A stretch of 64,000 bases of DNA, taken from a virus. Its lineage: Duplodnaviria; Caudoviricetes. Of the stretch, positions 38,727 to 48,066 are shown one piece after another; within the stretch, counting starts at the first letter, position 1, and every line of letters begins with the position of its first letter. The DNA lies in the IMG/VR virus record IMGVR_UViG_3300048606_000075, positions 25,816 through 89,815 of that record. One strand, written 5' to 3'. Position numbers and translations under genes: made by a program. The notes under the pieces were generated by a model. The model searched no databases. It saw nothing but the letters and a program-made list of their open reading frames with translations, and was not told the origin of the DNA.

Positions 38727-38746
38727 GCTGCTGTACTACCCTCATG

Positions 38747-39313
38747 TCAGGTCTGTGACAAGCGAGCAAACGCGATGATGTTATCGAGGTAGCGCCGGTT
38801 GTCTGGGTCATAATCCCCGCCACACGAGATCAGCCGCAGCTCAGGCACATCGGTGTCAGTGAAGATCTCATCGGTCGGGAACGAGGTCTTCACGATTTTC
38901 CTGGTCTTGTAGACCTTGAATGTAACGAAAGATCCGTCCTCACGATATACCTTGACTCGATCGTTTATCTTGACTGTATCAAGATACTTGAAGAGTCCAG
39001 CATGACCGTTGCCATTGATGTGCCCAAGGATGACAGCGGGGCCAGGCTCACCCGGACGGGGGCCCTCGCTGTACCAACTGCCAAGCTGCGGCTTGGCTAC
39101 CGGGGGATTGTCCCAGCCGCCCGCCTTGGTCAGCCCACGGCCCTCCACGGCCACCGGACCATCGATGCCGCGCCCCGACACGACTACCCGGACCGGACGC
39201 GGAGCGGGCTGCTCAGGAGCCGCTGTGGAGGGCGCTGACGGCTGCGGGGACTCCGCTGAACCACAACCGACCAGACCCACCAACAGCAGCACCAGGATGA
39301 GAGCCCGGATCAC
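38747..39313 (-). CDS. class F sortase
   Basis: Signal anchor; GSWYSEGPRPGEPGPAVILGH; LRLISCGG; YLDNIIAFA; GTGA overlap with the substrate gene. Confidence 0.92.
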   Translation of the reverse strand: MIRALILVLLLVGLVGCGSAESPQPSAPSTAAPEQPAPRPVRVVVSGRGIDGPVAVEGRGLTKAGGWDNPPVAKPQLGSWYSEGPRPGEPGPAVILGHINGNGHAGLFKYLDTVKINDRVKVYREDGSFVTFKVYKTRKIVKTSFPTDEIFTDTDVPELRLISCGGDYDPDNRRYLDNIIAFARLSQT

Positions 39314-39921
39314 GCCTGACCGCTCAACACCTTGCGGCCAGCGAAGCCCGCTGCCGCGATGAGCCCGAAGCCACCGAGCAACCACACCGGCTGATCATTG
39401 GCCGGTCCCTCACCGGTCTCCGGTGCACCCTTCGGGCGGTGCTTCACCCGGTCATCGTCACCATTGGTCTCGCAGCCGATGCCGTCGCCATCCAGGTCCA
39501 GGCTCTTCTGGAAGCGCGGGTTGGATGAGGAGACCGGGTCCACCCCGAGTCGACGCACGACCGCGCAGTTGGCGAACGGTGGCACGTTGTCATCGCTGGG
39601 ATCAGGAGTCTCCGAAGCGGACGGCTCGGTCGACGTGGTGCAGTTCAGCTTCTTCCTGATATCGGACAGCTGAACACTGTCGTCGATCTCGATGCTCTTA
39701 GCATCCTCGGGAACATCGATGCCCACGATGCCGTCGAGACTCCTGATCAGATTGCTATCCGCCAGCTGATTCAGAATCTGATCAACCTCAGCAATGCTTG
39801 TCGCCGCACAAACCTGCACGATGGGGGTCTCGGTCGTGGCAGCGGAGGCGGTAACGGGGAAGGCTGCGCTCATCACCGCGAGCGCGCCGGCAGAAAACGC
39901 GGTAACCAATAGCTTTTTCAT
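39310..39921 (-). CDS. secreted excalibur-domain protein with sortase sorting signal
   Basis: Signal peptide ...VTASA; FANCAVVRR...LDLDGDGIGCE; PKGAPETGEG followed by a TM segment and an RK tail. Confidence 0.88.
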   Translation of the reverse strand: MKKLLVTAFSAGALAVMSAAFPVTASAATTETPIVQVCAATSIAEVDQILNQLADSNLIRSLDGIVGIDVPEDAKSIEIDDSVQLSDIRKKLNCTTSTEPSASETPDPSDDNVPPFANCAVVRRLGVDPVSSSNPRFQKSLDLDGDGIGCETNGDDDRVKHRPKGAPETGEGPANDQPVWLLGGFGLIAAAGFAGRKVLSGQA

Positions 39922-39951
39922 CAAGACTCCAATGTGGGGCTGGGAAGTTAG

Positions 39952-40731
39952 TTAATTCAGCAGCCCCTGGCTAGAACAGACCTGGGGAGATACAGCAGGT
40001 CGATCCACCCTGCCGTCAGTGTAAGTAACGACGGCAACGCATCCTCCGTTACCGTCCGAGGCAAAAGTCAGTGACTGAATACCAGGACCAGCTGGACCTA
40101 TGCTGCCCTGATCCCCCTGCGCGCCCTGGGTTCCTTGATCACCTTTAGCACCCTGGTCACCCTTATCCCCTTGCTCCCCCTGATCGCCTTTTAAACCCGG
40201 GATCCCCTGATCCCCCTTGGATCCTTGATCGCCTCTGGATCCCTGGTTGCCTAAAGCACCCGGAGTGCCTGGGTCCCCCGCGCTCCCAGGCACTCCGGGC
40301 ACACCTTCCGGTCCCTGCTGGCCTCGGGGGCCGGGAGAGCCAGGGACGGCAGGAATGGGATTGTTGCTGACCGCATCAGCTTTGATGCACGCGGCCTGCG
40401 GCACCTGATCGCGGGCATCCGGATCGTTGCACGCCTCTTTGATCTGATCGGCAAGCGACTTGGCTTGCACCGCCGTGGCATCGCGCTCGGCTACCGCCAC
40501 ACCCGTCTGGACCTGAGCGGTGTCGGTCTTCTGCTTCTCCGCACGCAGGCCATAGACCAGGGACAGGGCAGCCAGGATCAACGCCAGCCCGACCAGGATG
40601 GGCCAGTACTTGCGGTACTTATTCCAGTCAAATGGTTCCTTCTCGATGGTCCGAAGATGTCTGCTCTTCGGGGAGGGTGGAAGGACTTTCGTCTCTTGCT
40701 TCTCGCGTTCTTTAAACGCGCCGATCTTCAT
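39952..40731 (-). CDS. membrane-anchored collagen-like protein
   Basis: N-terminal TM, about 30 Gly-X-Y triplets, Cys-flanked C-terminal module. Confidence 0.85.
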   Translation of the reverse strand: MKIGAFKEREKQETKVLPPSPKSRHLRTIEKEPFDWNKYRKYWPILVGLALILAALSLVYGLRAEKQKTDTAQVQTGVAVAERDATAVQAKSLADQIKEACNDPDARDQVPQAACIKADAVSNNPIPAVPGSPGPRGQQGPEGVPGVPGSAGDPGTPGALGNQGSRGDQGSKGDQGIPGLKGDQGEQGDKGDQGAKGDQGTQGAQGDQGSIGPAGPGIQSLTFASDGNGGCVAVVTYTDGRVDRPAVSPQVCSSQGLLN

Positions 40732-41180
40732 TAGAACGCCCCACAATTTGGATTGTCTGGCAGTGGGTTCTCAGAACGAACCTGCTCAAGCTTCCTGATA
40801 GCATCCACATACTCAGTAATCGCAATACGACCCAGCACCGGATCGCCATGAGTATTAGCTGTCAAAAGCTTAATCTGAGCATCGGCTTCATCGCGCTGCG
40901 CATCAGAACGCTGCTTCAAGGAGTCGTGAACAGCAATATTGTATCTAGTCTGACAAGAAGTTGCCTGGTAGTAACGAATACTAGACAAGACAAGCAGTGC
41001 CAAGATACAAATACCCAGAATAGACTTAAAAATATCTACTCTGTATCCTCGAATGTCCACAACTTTTTGCTCCTCCATAGCAGCCCGGAGAGCAGACTCG
41101 GTTAGAAACCAACAAAGGACATACCCAACTATCAAGCCACCTATAGACCATATAAGGCCGTCAATAATTCGCTCGGCCAT
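40731..41180 (-). CDS. membrane protein
   Basis: Two TM segments; TAATG coupling. Confidence 0.7.
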   Translation of the reverse strand: MAERIIDGLIWSIGGLIVGYVLCWFLTESALRAAMEEQKVVDIRGYRVDIFKSILGICILALLVLSSIRYYQATSCQTRYNIAVHDSLKQRSDAQRDEADAQIKLLTANTHGDPVLGRIAITEYVDAIRKLEQVRSENPLPDNPNCGAF

Positions 41181-41182
41181 AA

Positions 41183-41419
41183 CTACTTAACCCCCGACTC
41201 GATACGTCCGGGCTCGGGGTCTTCCTCACCTTTGCCCTTGTCATCGGATTTCTTACCTCCGCGTGACAAAGCTAAGGCGCCGCCTACAACAGCCATAAAA
41301 ATGCCATTGATAGCAACATCTGGCTGATACTGATCCACCACAAACTGAGCCGCAAAGTTAACCGCCCACACGACAGTGACCAGCACAATGATCACTGTTG
41401 CTAAAGGCTTGGGGATCAC
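41183..41419 (-). CDS. small two-TM membrane protein
   Basis: Hydrophobic N-terminus, charged tail. Confidence 0.7.
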   Translation of the reverse strand: MIPKPLATVIIVLVTVVWAVNFAAQFVVDQYQPDVAINGIFMAVVGGALALSRGGKKSDDKGKGEEDPEPGRIESGVK

Positions 41420-41517
41420 GGACCTATCCGATGTCTAGGGAGCTTGCTGCAGCTACGACCTTGAACAGAACAAGAGGTCACTAGGGCTAACGAGCCACTA
41501 GGAGAGAGGACACGCTT

Positions 41518-41880
41518 TTACTCAGGCTGACGAAATTCCGACCGAGTCTTTGGTGGAATTTCCTTGCTCAGGCGTGTCAACCCGAACAACATCAGCGCGA
41601 CTGCAATGAAAGATACATACAGCCTATAATGGGCGTAATCACCCATATGATCTATCTCAGTACCTATTACTATCAAAGCGAACATTGCTTGACTAGCTAA
41701 CCTACATTGCTGTCCTAGAGCAGGAGATTCAAGTACTAACCTGGGAGTCCACACGATAACCGCCATACCTATAAGCATGGTCAAGATTCGTAGACAATCG
41801 ACCAGGATCAGAACAAACGACCCAAACGGGGTACCCGGACCGGAGGGGGCGCAGAGCATGAAACAGTTCTGCACATACAC
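41518..41880 (-). CDS. three-TM membrane protein
   Basis: Hydrophobic segments; start uncertain. Confidence 0.6.
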   Translation of the reverse strand: MYVQNCFMLCAPSGPGTPFGSFVLILVDCLRILTMLIGMAVIVWTPRLVLESPALGQQCRLASQAMFALIVIGTEIDHMGDYAHYRLYVSFIAVALMLFGLTRLSKEIPPKTRSEFRQPE

Positions 41881-41904
41881 AGGACACCCCCGGCTTTCAG
41901 ACGC

Positions 41905-42183
41905 TCAAGACTTGGACGGAGCGTCCTTCTTCATCCTCTTCGTCATGCCAAGCTGCTTCAGCGCGGCCTGCGGAGAGTCGAACTTCTGCTTGTAGTTATC
42001 CCAGGAACCGACCCACTTGTCCCCGAGCTTCTTCACCACGCCCGCACGCTTGCCTGCTGGGTCAACAATTGCTTTCTGCCCAGCAGGCAAGGTGGGGTCG
42101 GCCTTGAAGCGCAAACCGCCAGGAACCTGGGTGTCCGATGAACTGTCGGTCTTCTTGTTCACCCACGGCGGTGCGCCTGCCAT
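41905..42183 (-). CDS. small basic hypothetical protein
   Basis: 92 aa, packed with 42187..43281. Confidence 0.7.
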   Translation of the reverse strand: MAGAPPWVNKKTDSSSDTQVPGGLRFKADPTLPAGQKAIVDPAGKRAGVVKKLGDKWVGSWDNYKQKFDSPQAALKQLGMTKRMKKDAPSKS

Positions 42184-42186
42184 CTT

Positions 42187-43281
42187 CTACGCGCCCTTCT
42201 TAGCGGTTACAGCTGGAGCCTTCGACGGGCTCTTGATAGTGCTCTGCGCGATGAACTCGCGATACAAACGCTTCACATTCGCCGGGACCATCGCGGTCAA
42301 CCCCAGCTGCTGCGCGGCCTTCACAACCTCAGCGGCGGCCTTGCCCGCGTTCGCGCCTTGCATGCTGCCGACAGAAACAATAGCACTCTTGAGTGACTTC
42401 TCGTCCTTCAAGTCACCGAAGACGCTCTTACCCTGTGGCTTCTTGTCATCCGGCTTGGCCTTGGTCACGCCCTTGGCCGGATTCGGCGGAGGTGCATAAC
42501 CGCCACCAGCACCGAGCTGCGAACCGATGGGCTTCTTGTAGCGCGCGGTGCCCGCCATGGTGCGCACCTGCGCGAGCGCGATAGAACTAGCCAGGGCCAG
42601 GACACCCTCGGGTACGGCAGTAGTCTTCACCTTGTCTGAGCTACTACCGAGTGCCTTGATTCGGTCCAGAATCGCCTGGCTAGCGCCGAGCCGCTTCGCC
42701 TCACTCATCAGGTGAGACTTCAGCTTCGCGCGATCCTCAGGCTTGGAGCGACCATACGCCTGGATGGCATTGCTCAGATCGCCTAGAGATTTGATCGGGT
42801 ATGACGTCGTCCCCGGGAGCGTGTGACCCTTGGCCTTAAGGCTTTCCCGCTCCGCCGGCTTGACGTTACGAAGCTCCAGAATCTCGCCGAGCGCACCCTG
42901 GCCACGTGCCGCTGACGCAGCCACATACGCCTGCTGAACTTCTTCAGGCTTGCCAAACTTGACGTTCTCCGTAGTAGTGCCCGGAGCAGAGACCGTGTAC
43001 GGGATACGCAGATACTGAGACGCATCCTCCAGACGGACGATGACGTGATCAGTCCACAGCTGCTCGATCCACGCATAGCACAGCGGATCCTCAGCCAGAG
43101 GAGAGCCGTACTCACCCAGGTCACCGTTCGTCTTAAGCACAGCACGGCGGGCTTCACGACGCTGTCTCTGAATCGCATTAAAGGCAGTCCTCACCAGGTC
43201 GGTGTTAAACCGAGTAGCTGGTGAGGACTGCTCTGACGCGATCTTCTGTAGAGCTGTTAAGCTCTCTGATGCGTCAGCCAT
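42187..43281 (-). CDS. probable capsid-assembly-associated multidomain protein
   Basis: YLRIPYTV...KFGKPEEVQQAY; SYPIKSLGDLSNAIQAYGR...KSHLMSEAKRLG (DUF6582-like); VRTMAGTARYKKPIG. Confidence 0.6.
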   Translation of the reverse strand: MADASESLTALQKIASEQSSPATRFNTDLVRTAFNAIQRQRREARRAVLKTNGDLGEYGSPLAEDPLCYAWIEQLWTDHVIVRLEDASQYLRIPYTVSAPGTTTENVKFGKPEEVQQAYVAASAARGQGALGEILELRNVKPAERESLKAKGHTLPGTTSYPIKSLGDLSNAIQAYGRSKPEDRAKLKSHLMSEAKRLGASQAILDRIKALGSSSDKVKTTAVPEGVLALASSIALAQVRTMAGTARYKKPIGSQLGAGGGYAPPPNPAKGVTKAKPDDKKPQGKSVFGDLKDEKSLKSAIVSVGSMQGANAGKAAAEVVKAAQQLGLTAMVPANVKRLYREFIAQSTIKSPSKAPAVTAKKGA

Positions 43282-43284
43282 GAG

Positions 43285-43605
43285 CTAGCGCCGAGGCGGG
43301 GTCGCGTGACCCTCATCGGACTTGCGGCTCGAAATCTCGCGCTCACCAGTCTCGACATTGAGTTCCTTCGCCGGGACGCGGTCACCCGGACGGGGCTTGT
43401 CCGTCAGCACGGATACCCACTCACCGTCGACATCACGCTCGACCAGGACGGTGCCCTCGTAGCGGACGTCGCCAGCGTACTCGCCATCCTCAGTGATGTT
43501 TTCGGCATCACCGGGAGAAGCGAAGTCTCCTGAGATTGGGGTGTCCTGTCGGGCCGCCTTCTGCGCGCTACCAGCCTTCTGCGCAGGAGTCTTCTCTTCA
43601 GGCAT
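43285..43605 (-). CDS. hypothetical acidic protein
   Basis: SD GAAGGAG before MPEEKTP. Confidence 0.65.
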   Translation of the reverse strand: MPEEKTPAQKAGSAQKAARQDTPISGDFASPGDAENITEDGEYAGDVRYEGTVLVERDVDGEWVSVLTDKPRPGDRVPAKELNVETGEREISSRKSDEGHATPPRR

Positions 43606-43718
43606 CGGGTCACTCCTTCGTCGATCCAACCGGACACCCACAGGGATGCCGTGACCCTAGAGTCTTCGACCACCTGAATCAGAGTATGGGGATTTAGCTA
43701 CATTATTAAATATGCTAA

Positions 43719-44048
43719 TCACCCATGTGTGTCAGAATTTGGTTTCCACTCAACTACACCTCGTAATGTAAATACAGGAAAAGGATATGGAATTTCTCGA
43801 ACTGTGTTATTAAAAGGATCTACTAAAATCCAAAGACTATTGTTGCCAACCTGAACTGGAGAATCGTTGCCAATTGTCACATCTAACCCTTGAATATGAT
43901 CAAGCTCATCATGGTAGACAACATTAACATCAGTTTCAAACAACATAGCATGTAACATTCCAGAAACAGTAACTTCTACATTTAAATCATCAGGGTCATA
44001 CATAATAATTCCATACATTGGAATAGCTTGATAACCTGTAGTAGGCAT
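43719..44048 (-). CDS. hypothetical protein
   Basis: SD AAAGGAG before MPTTGYQ; AT-rich. Confidence 0.6.
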   Translation of the reverse strand: MPTTGYQAIPMYGIIMYDPDDLNVEVTVSGMLHAMLFETDVNVVYHDELDHIQGLDVTIGNDSPVQVGNNSLWILVDPFNNTVREIPYPFPVFTLRGVVEWKPNSDTHG

Positions 44049-44061
44049 AACTTCTCCTTTG

Positions 44062-44889
44062 TCAAGAACAAACAAGTACTCGGTCTCGGCCACCATCTGG
44101 ACGAACACCTGCAATTCGGCGACGCTGCACATAGAGACCACTCGAACGCTGCACCAAGTCATCCTCGTGATGTCCTGGGCCGAAGAAAGGCAGGAACTGC
44201 GACGGACTGCCCGGGTTGACGGCAGTGAACAGCGTGGACATCGTGGTCGACTTGGCGGCGGGTGTGCACGCCGAAGTAGGCGACTGCACACCCGAGACTG
44301 AGGTGTTGTAGATGAAACCACTGTTCAACGGGTCAATCAGTGCGGTGTAGCCTGCGGTCTGGCCAGAAGTGGTCGCGGCGCCAGCGTTGATCCAGGCCCA
44401 GCCGAAATACCCGCTTCCGGAATTTCCTGGGGTGAGTGATGGCCAGGTAACAGTGGTCGAAGCGGTATTGTTAATCTGAGATGCACCAGCGCCATCTACC
44501 GACCAAGCGGTCAGTGCGCCGACACTCGCACACGTGAGTTGCTGAGCGGTGATGTCAACCCAAGTGCTGGTGTTAGCCGTGGTGGTGACGGTTGCATTGA
44601 TGGCTCCAGTGGCAGTGGCTACTCCGGCCCACATCGACAGCTGGAGGTTACCGCCGGAGCCGGGACCACGGATGCTGGTGATCAACGTCCAGGTGCCTGA
44701 GCCAGGTAGCCCGACACAGTGTCCTCCGGAGACAGCCGTGGGCATGGTCGTGGTCGTGATGCTCTCCACCGCGATACCCAGCCACACCAAGTTGCCGATA
44801 GCGGTGGGGTTAACAGAGATCGTCCGGACTGTTTGCGACTCGGCGTGGGTGAGGGCGCCAACGACGGAGATCGCCTGTCCAAATGCCAT
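44062..44889 (-). CDS. Thr/Ser/Gly-rich virion protein (minor tail-like)
   Basis: Beta-rich; similar to the N-half of the adjacent lyase gene (TWPSLTPG vs TMPTLVPG). Confidence 0.65.
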   Translation of the reverse strand: MAFGQAISVVGALTHAESQTVRTISVNPTAIGNLVWLGIAVESITTTTMPTAVSGGHCVGLPGSGTWTLITSIRGPGSGGNLQLSMWAGVATATGAINATVTTTANTSTWVDITAQQLTCASVGALTAWSVDGAGASQINNTASTTVTWPSLTPGNSGSGYFGWAWINAGAATTSGQTAGYTALIDPLNSGFIYNTSVSGVQSPTSACTPAAKSTTMSTLFTAVNPGSPSQFLPFFGPGHHEDDLVQRSSGLYVQRRRIAGVRPDGGRDRVLVCS

Positions 44890-44890
44890 A

Positions 44891-46384
44891 TCAGAGGCCC
44901 GACGCTTGAAAGAACAGCATAAATTCATCTGTGGATGGAAGAGTAAGCGCATCAGCAGTGGTCCAGCCAGTATGCCAATGTCGCAGGTACTTAAGCTCTA
45001 CAGTTGTATAAATAGTACCAGTATCAAATGTTTCATTAGTTTGGCAATATGATCCGGCCTTGAAGTAATACTCGGCGCTGCCACTAAAGACACCAACACC
45101 GCCACCAGCGGCATAACCCACTGAATCCCAGAAAGGGACACTCAAGTCTTGATAATAGAAAGCCCAATATCCTGCATTGATATAAAGCATCCAGTCGAAC
45201 TCATCGCCATAAGTATAATTAGTGCTAAGTTTAGGCTGACCCGTGCCAGTATCAAAAACTCGAGTTCTTAACTCAGTAAGTCCTGACCCAGTATTTTCTT
45301 GCGTATATATAGTAAGTACTTCACCAACATTGCTCGGACCATCATGCAGCTGACAAACTGTGACACGTGGACGTACAGTACCTAAAGATGTAATTTTAGT
45401 TCTACCGCGAATCCAATGAATGCCTGAATTAGCATTAAACGCAAACTCAGTAACACCATCAGGATCCATCTCCCGAAGCTCACACCTCGGGAACGTAGTG
45501 CCGCTAGTCAGAGAACCGTCAGCCCGGACGGACAACTGCGCAGAACTGTTAGCGGGGACTCGCACAAAATGTGGATCAGTATTGTATCCACTAATCAAAG
45601 CTGACTGTGGAATCTCACTAGACTCTGTGTATCCAGTTAAGCCCAACTGCAACTTAAAATGATTCTTACCCCCAGCACTACCAATATTCAATACAGTAGG
45701 AAGTGATGTATCAGCTTCAGTAGCATAAATTAAAAGACCAATACAGTCTGATGTAGTAGAAGTAGTCTGTTTACCAATTGGAGACTGAGAAGTACTAACA
45801 GATAGATTTGTAATCCACTGGTTACCCATAGAATCAATAGATGACGCATAACCAGCAGTGATTCCCGTAGCAGTAGCAGTACCTGCAGGATCTCCATAAC
45901 TAATATATGCGCGACTAGAACCACCAGGCACTAACGTAGGCATAGTTAAGTTTGTAGAACTAGTGGTGTTTCTAAGGAGCCCGGACGCTTCGACAACCCA
46001 CGAAGTGCCGGCAGACACAGCACTAGTAGTAATCTCTCGCCATGCATATCCGACAGCAATGGACGCAACTGATGCGGATGCCGTAGCTGTAAGTGTTTGA
46101 CTTGATACTACTGACGTAACTTTGCCCGCAAAAACACTAAATGTCTGAGCAGGTAAAGTTCCATTAGCCGCAAACGAAAAAACACCAATCTGTTCCCAGT
46201 CAGCTACACCATTACCAGAAATACCTGTAATACTAACAGTAGCAGATCTAGTGATGGCAATAAGTATCATACATTTGCCAACACCAGTAGTAGTAAAACC
46301 GTTAACACTCAGGTTATTACTAACTAAGTTATTAGTAGAGTCAACAGTAGAAGACCCTATTGCACTAATCGTAGCGTTAGCCAT
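44891..46384 (-). CDS. virion protein with C-terminal polysaccharide lyase family 7 domain
   Basis: PL7 signature trio PRCELRE, CQLHD, YFKAGSYCQ. Confidence 0.82.
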   Translation of the reverse strand: MANATISAIGSSTVDSTNNLVSNNLSVNGFTTTGVGKCMILIAITRSATVSITGISGNGVADWEQIGVFSFAANGTLPAQTFSVFAGKVTSVVSSQTLTATASASVASIAVGYAWREITTSAVSAGTSWVVEASGLLRNTTSSTNLTMPTLVPGGSSRAYISYGDPAGTATATGITAGYASSIDSMGNQWITNLSVSTSQSPIGKQTTSTTSDCIGLLIYATEADTSLPTVLNIGSAGGKNHFKLQLGLTGYTESSEIPQSALISGYNTDPHFVRVPANSSAQLSVRADGSLTSGTTFPRCELREMDPDGVTEFAFNANSGIHWIRGRTKITSLGTVRPRVTVCQLHDGPSNVGEVLTIYTQENTGSGLTELRTRVFDTGTGQPKLSTNYTYGDEFDWMLYINAGYWAFYYQDLSVPFWDSVGYAAGGGVGVFSGSAEYYFKAGSYCQTNETFDTGTIYTTVELKYLRHWHTGWTTADALTLPSTDEFMLFFQASGL

Positions 46385-46387
46385 TGA

Positions 46388-46681
46388 TTAATCTTCAATT
46401 GGAGTGTAACCATAGCCAACGGTACCGTGCATATCACTATCAGGATTAGATGTCCAAGTCCCGAAATTAAACCCTACCCACCAACCAGGTTGAACAGTCA
46501 TCATCAACTGAGTGTTATGTACAATAAAAACACGAGTCTCATCATGTTGATCCGCAAACACCTGAAGATCACCAGGGACAACATCATCCAATTCCTGAGC
46601 AAATTCTTCAATCGTCCCAGAATACTGCACCATCGTATAAACTGGAACTTCCGGAGTCTGAGTAAACTGACCCTTTGTCAT
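46388..46681 (-). CDS. hypothetical protein
   Basis: SD AGGAG before MTKGQF. Confidence 0.6.
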   Translation of the reverse strand: MTKGQFTQTPEVPVYTMVQYSGTIEEFAQELDDVVPGDLQVFADQHDETRVFIVHNTQLMMTVQPGWWVGFNFGTWTSNPDSDMHGTVGYGYTPIED

Positions 46682-46695
46682 ATTATTTCTCCTGG

Positions 46696-48021
46696 TCAGA
46701 CCGAAGCGGTGTAGGCCAGCAACACCCATGCAGAAAGCTGGCTAGAGTATCTAAAGCCAAAGAACCCAACCTTGCTGGCTGCAATGGCGTTAGCCGCGCT
46801 CAACCCTGTAGTCAAAATTGGACCAGACACCGTAACGGTGCGTCCAGTACCACCCGGAGCCACCGAGACCATCAACATCTGTCCGTCCACAGCACCAGTA
46901 GTCGAAGGCGTCAATGCGGTGATGTTGGCGCTCGCTGTGACCATGACGTTGTTGCCCAACGTCGGATCAATAGTCACTGTGCCAGAAGTAGTTCCATGCG
47001 TGTATGGAGCACTAGTGACTAAGTCAAGGCTTGGGTTAGGGTAAGTTCCATTCAGACAACCGCCGGCCGTGCCATTCGGTGCGCGCGAATCAGTGAACCG
47101 CGAGTCATTGCCGAACGGCACGGTGGACCCCGTCGTGCCAGTCGGAATCCGAGCGATGTCAAGCGTGCCGGAACCGATATCAGAAGCCGCGAGCGCCAAC
47201 GCGGTCTTCAACGTAGCCAGGCTCTGCGCGGCCCACGCACCAGACACCCGGCGGATGACATCACCGTCAGAGGGGGTTAGCGCGGCGAGAGCGGTCAGGT
47301 CGCTGTCAAGCGGCTGCGCACCGAAGTCAACTGCCTGGTAATCCAGATCTGTCTTCAGCTGAGCAATCGTACGATTAATCCACGCGCCAGCCTTACGCTG
47401 CAAAATGTCATTATCAGCGGGCGTAAGACCAGCAATGGATGTCAAGTCAGAGTCTAACGGTTGATAGACCGACCCAAGACTAAAATCAGACAACAACTGA
47501 GCCAGTGTCCGATTGGTCCAATGACCGCTCTTACGCTGAAGAATGTCATTATCAGTTGGCGTCAGTGCCGCAACATCAGTGAGATCCCCATCCAACACCT
47601 GCTTACCATCAAGCGCCGTCTGCTGTGCACTAGAAACAGGCTTAGCTGTATCAGCTGTGTTATCAACATTTCCTAAACCAACATCAGCCTTAACTAAAGA
47701 CAATGCAGTCTTAAACTGAGAATAAGTCTTCTTAACCCATCCAGAACCATCAGAAGCTATAGCACCGGATACAGACGAATCAAATCCTGCAATAGCCGTC
47801 AGATCAGTATCTAAAGACTGCTTACCGTCGAGAGCTGTCTGAATGACAGAATTAATGCCGCCAGTAGATGTAGCGCTTCCTACCTTAATATTAAATGTAC
47901 CGTCATCAATATACAATTCTTTAGAATCAGTCGCATAACGCAACTCACCAGCCTCTGTCCCGCCAGAGGGAAGAGAGGCCACGACGCCACGACGAATCTT
48001 GATTTTATTGTCTTGCGCCAT
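46696..48021 (-). CDS. tail fibre-like protein with repeats
   Basis: KIKIRRGVVASLP...GELRYATDSKELYIDDG head; repeats LDxDLTxIAxLxP shared with 48960..50954. Confidence 0.75.
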   Translation of the reverse strand: MAQDNKIKIRRGVVASLPSGGTEAGELRYATDSKELYIDDGTFNIKVGSATSTGGINSVIQTALDGKQSLDTDLTAIAGFDSSVSGAIASDGSGWVKKTYSQFKTALSLVKADVGLGNVDNTADTAKPVSSAQQTALDGKQVLDGDLTDVAALTPTDNDILQRKSGHWTNRTLAQLLSDFSLGSVYQPLDSDLTSIAGLTPADNDILQRKAGAWINRTIAQLKTDLDYQAVDFGAQPLDSDLTALAALTPSDGDVIRRVSGAWAAQSLATLKTALALAASDIGSGTLDIARIPTGTTGSTVPFGNDSRFTDSRAPNGTAGGCLNGTYPNPSLDLVTSAPYTHGTTSGTVTIDPTLGNNVMVTASANITALTPSTTGAVDGQMLMVSVAPGGTGRTVTVSGPILTTGLSAANAIAASKVGFFGFRYSSQLSAWVLLAYTASV

Positions 48022-48066
48022 ACCCTACATCCTCACGCCAGTAAATCGCTTCACTATCTGAATGTA

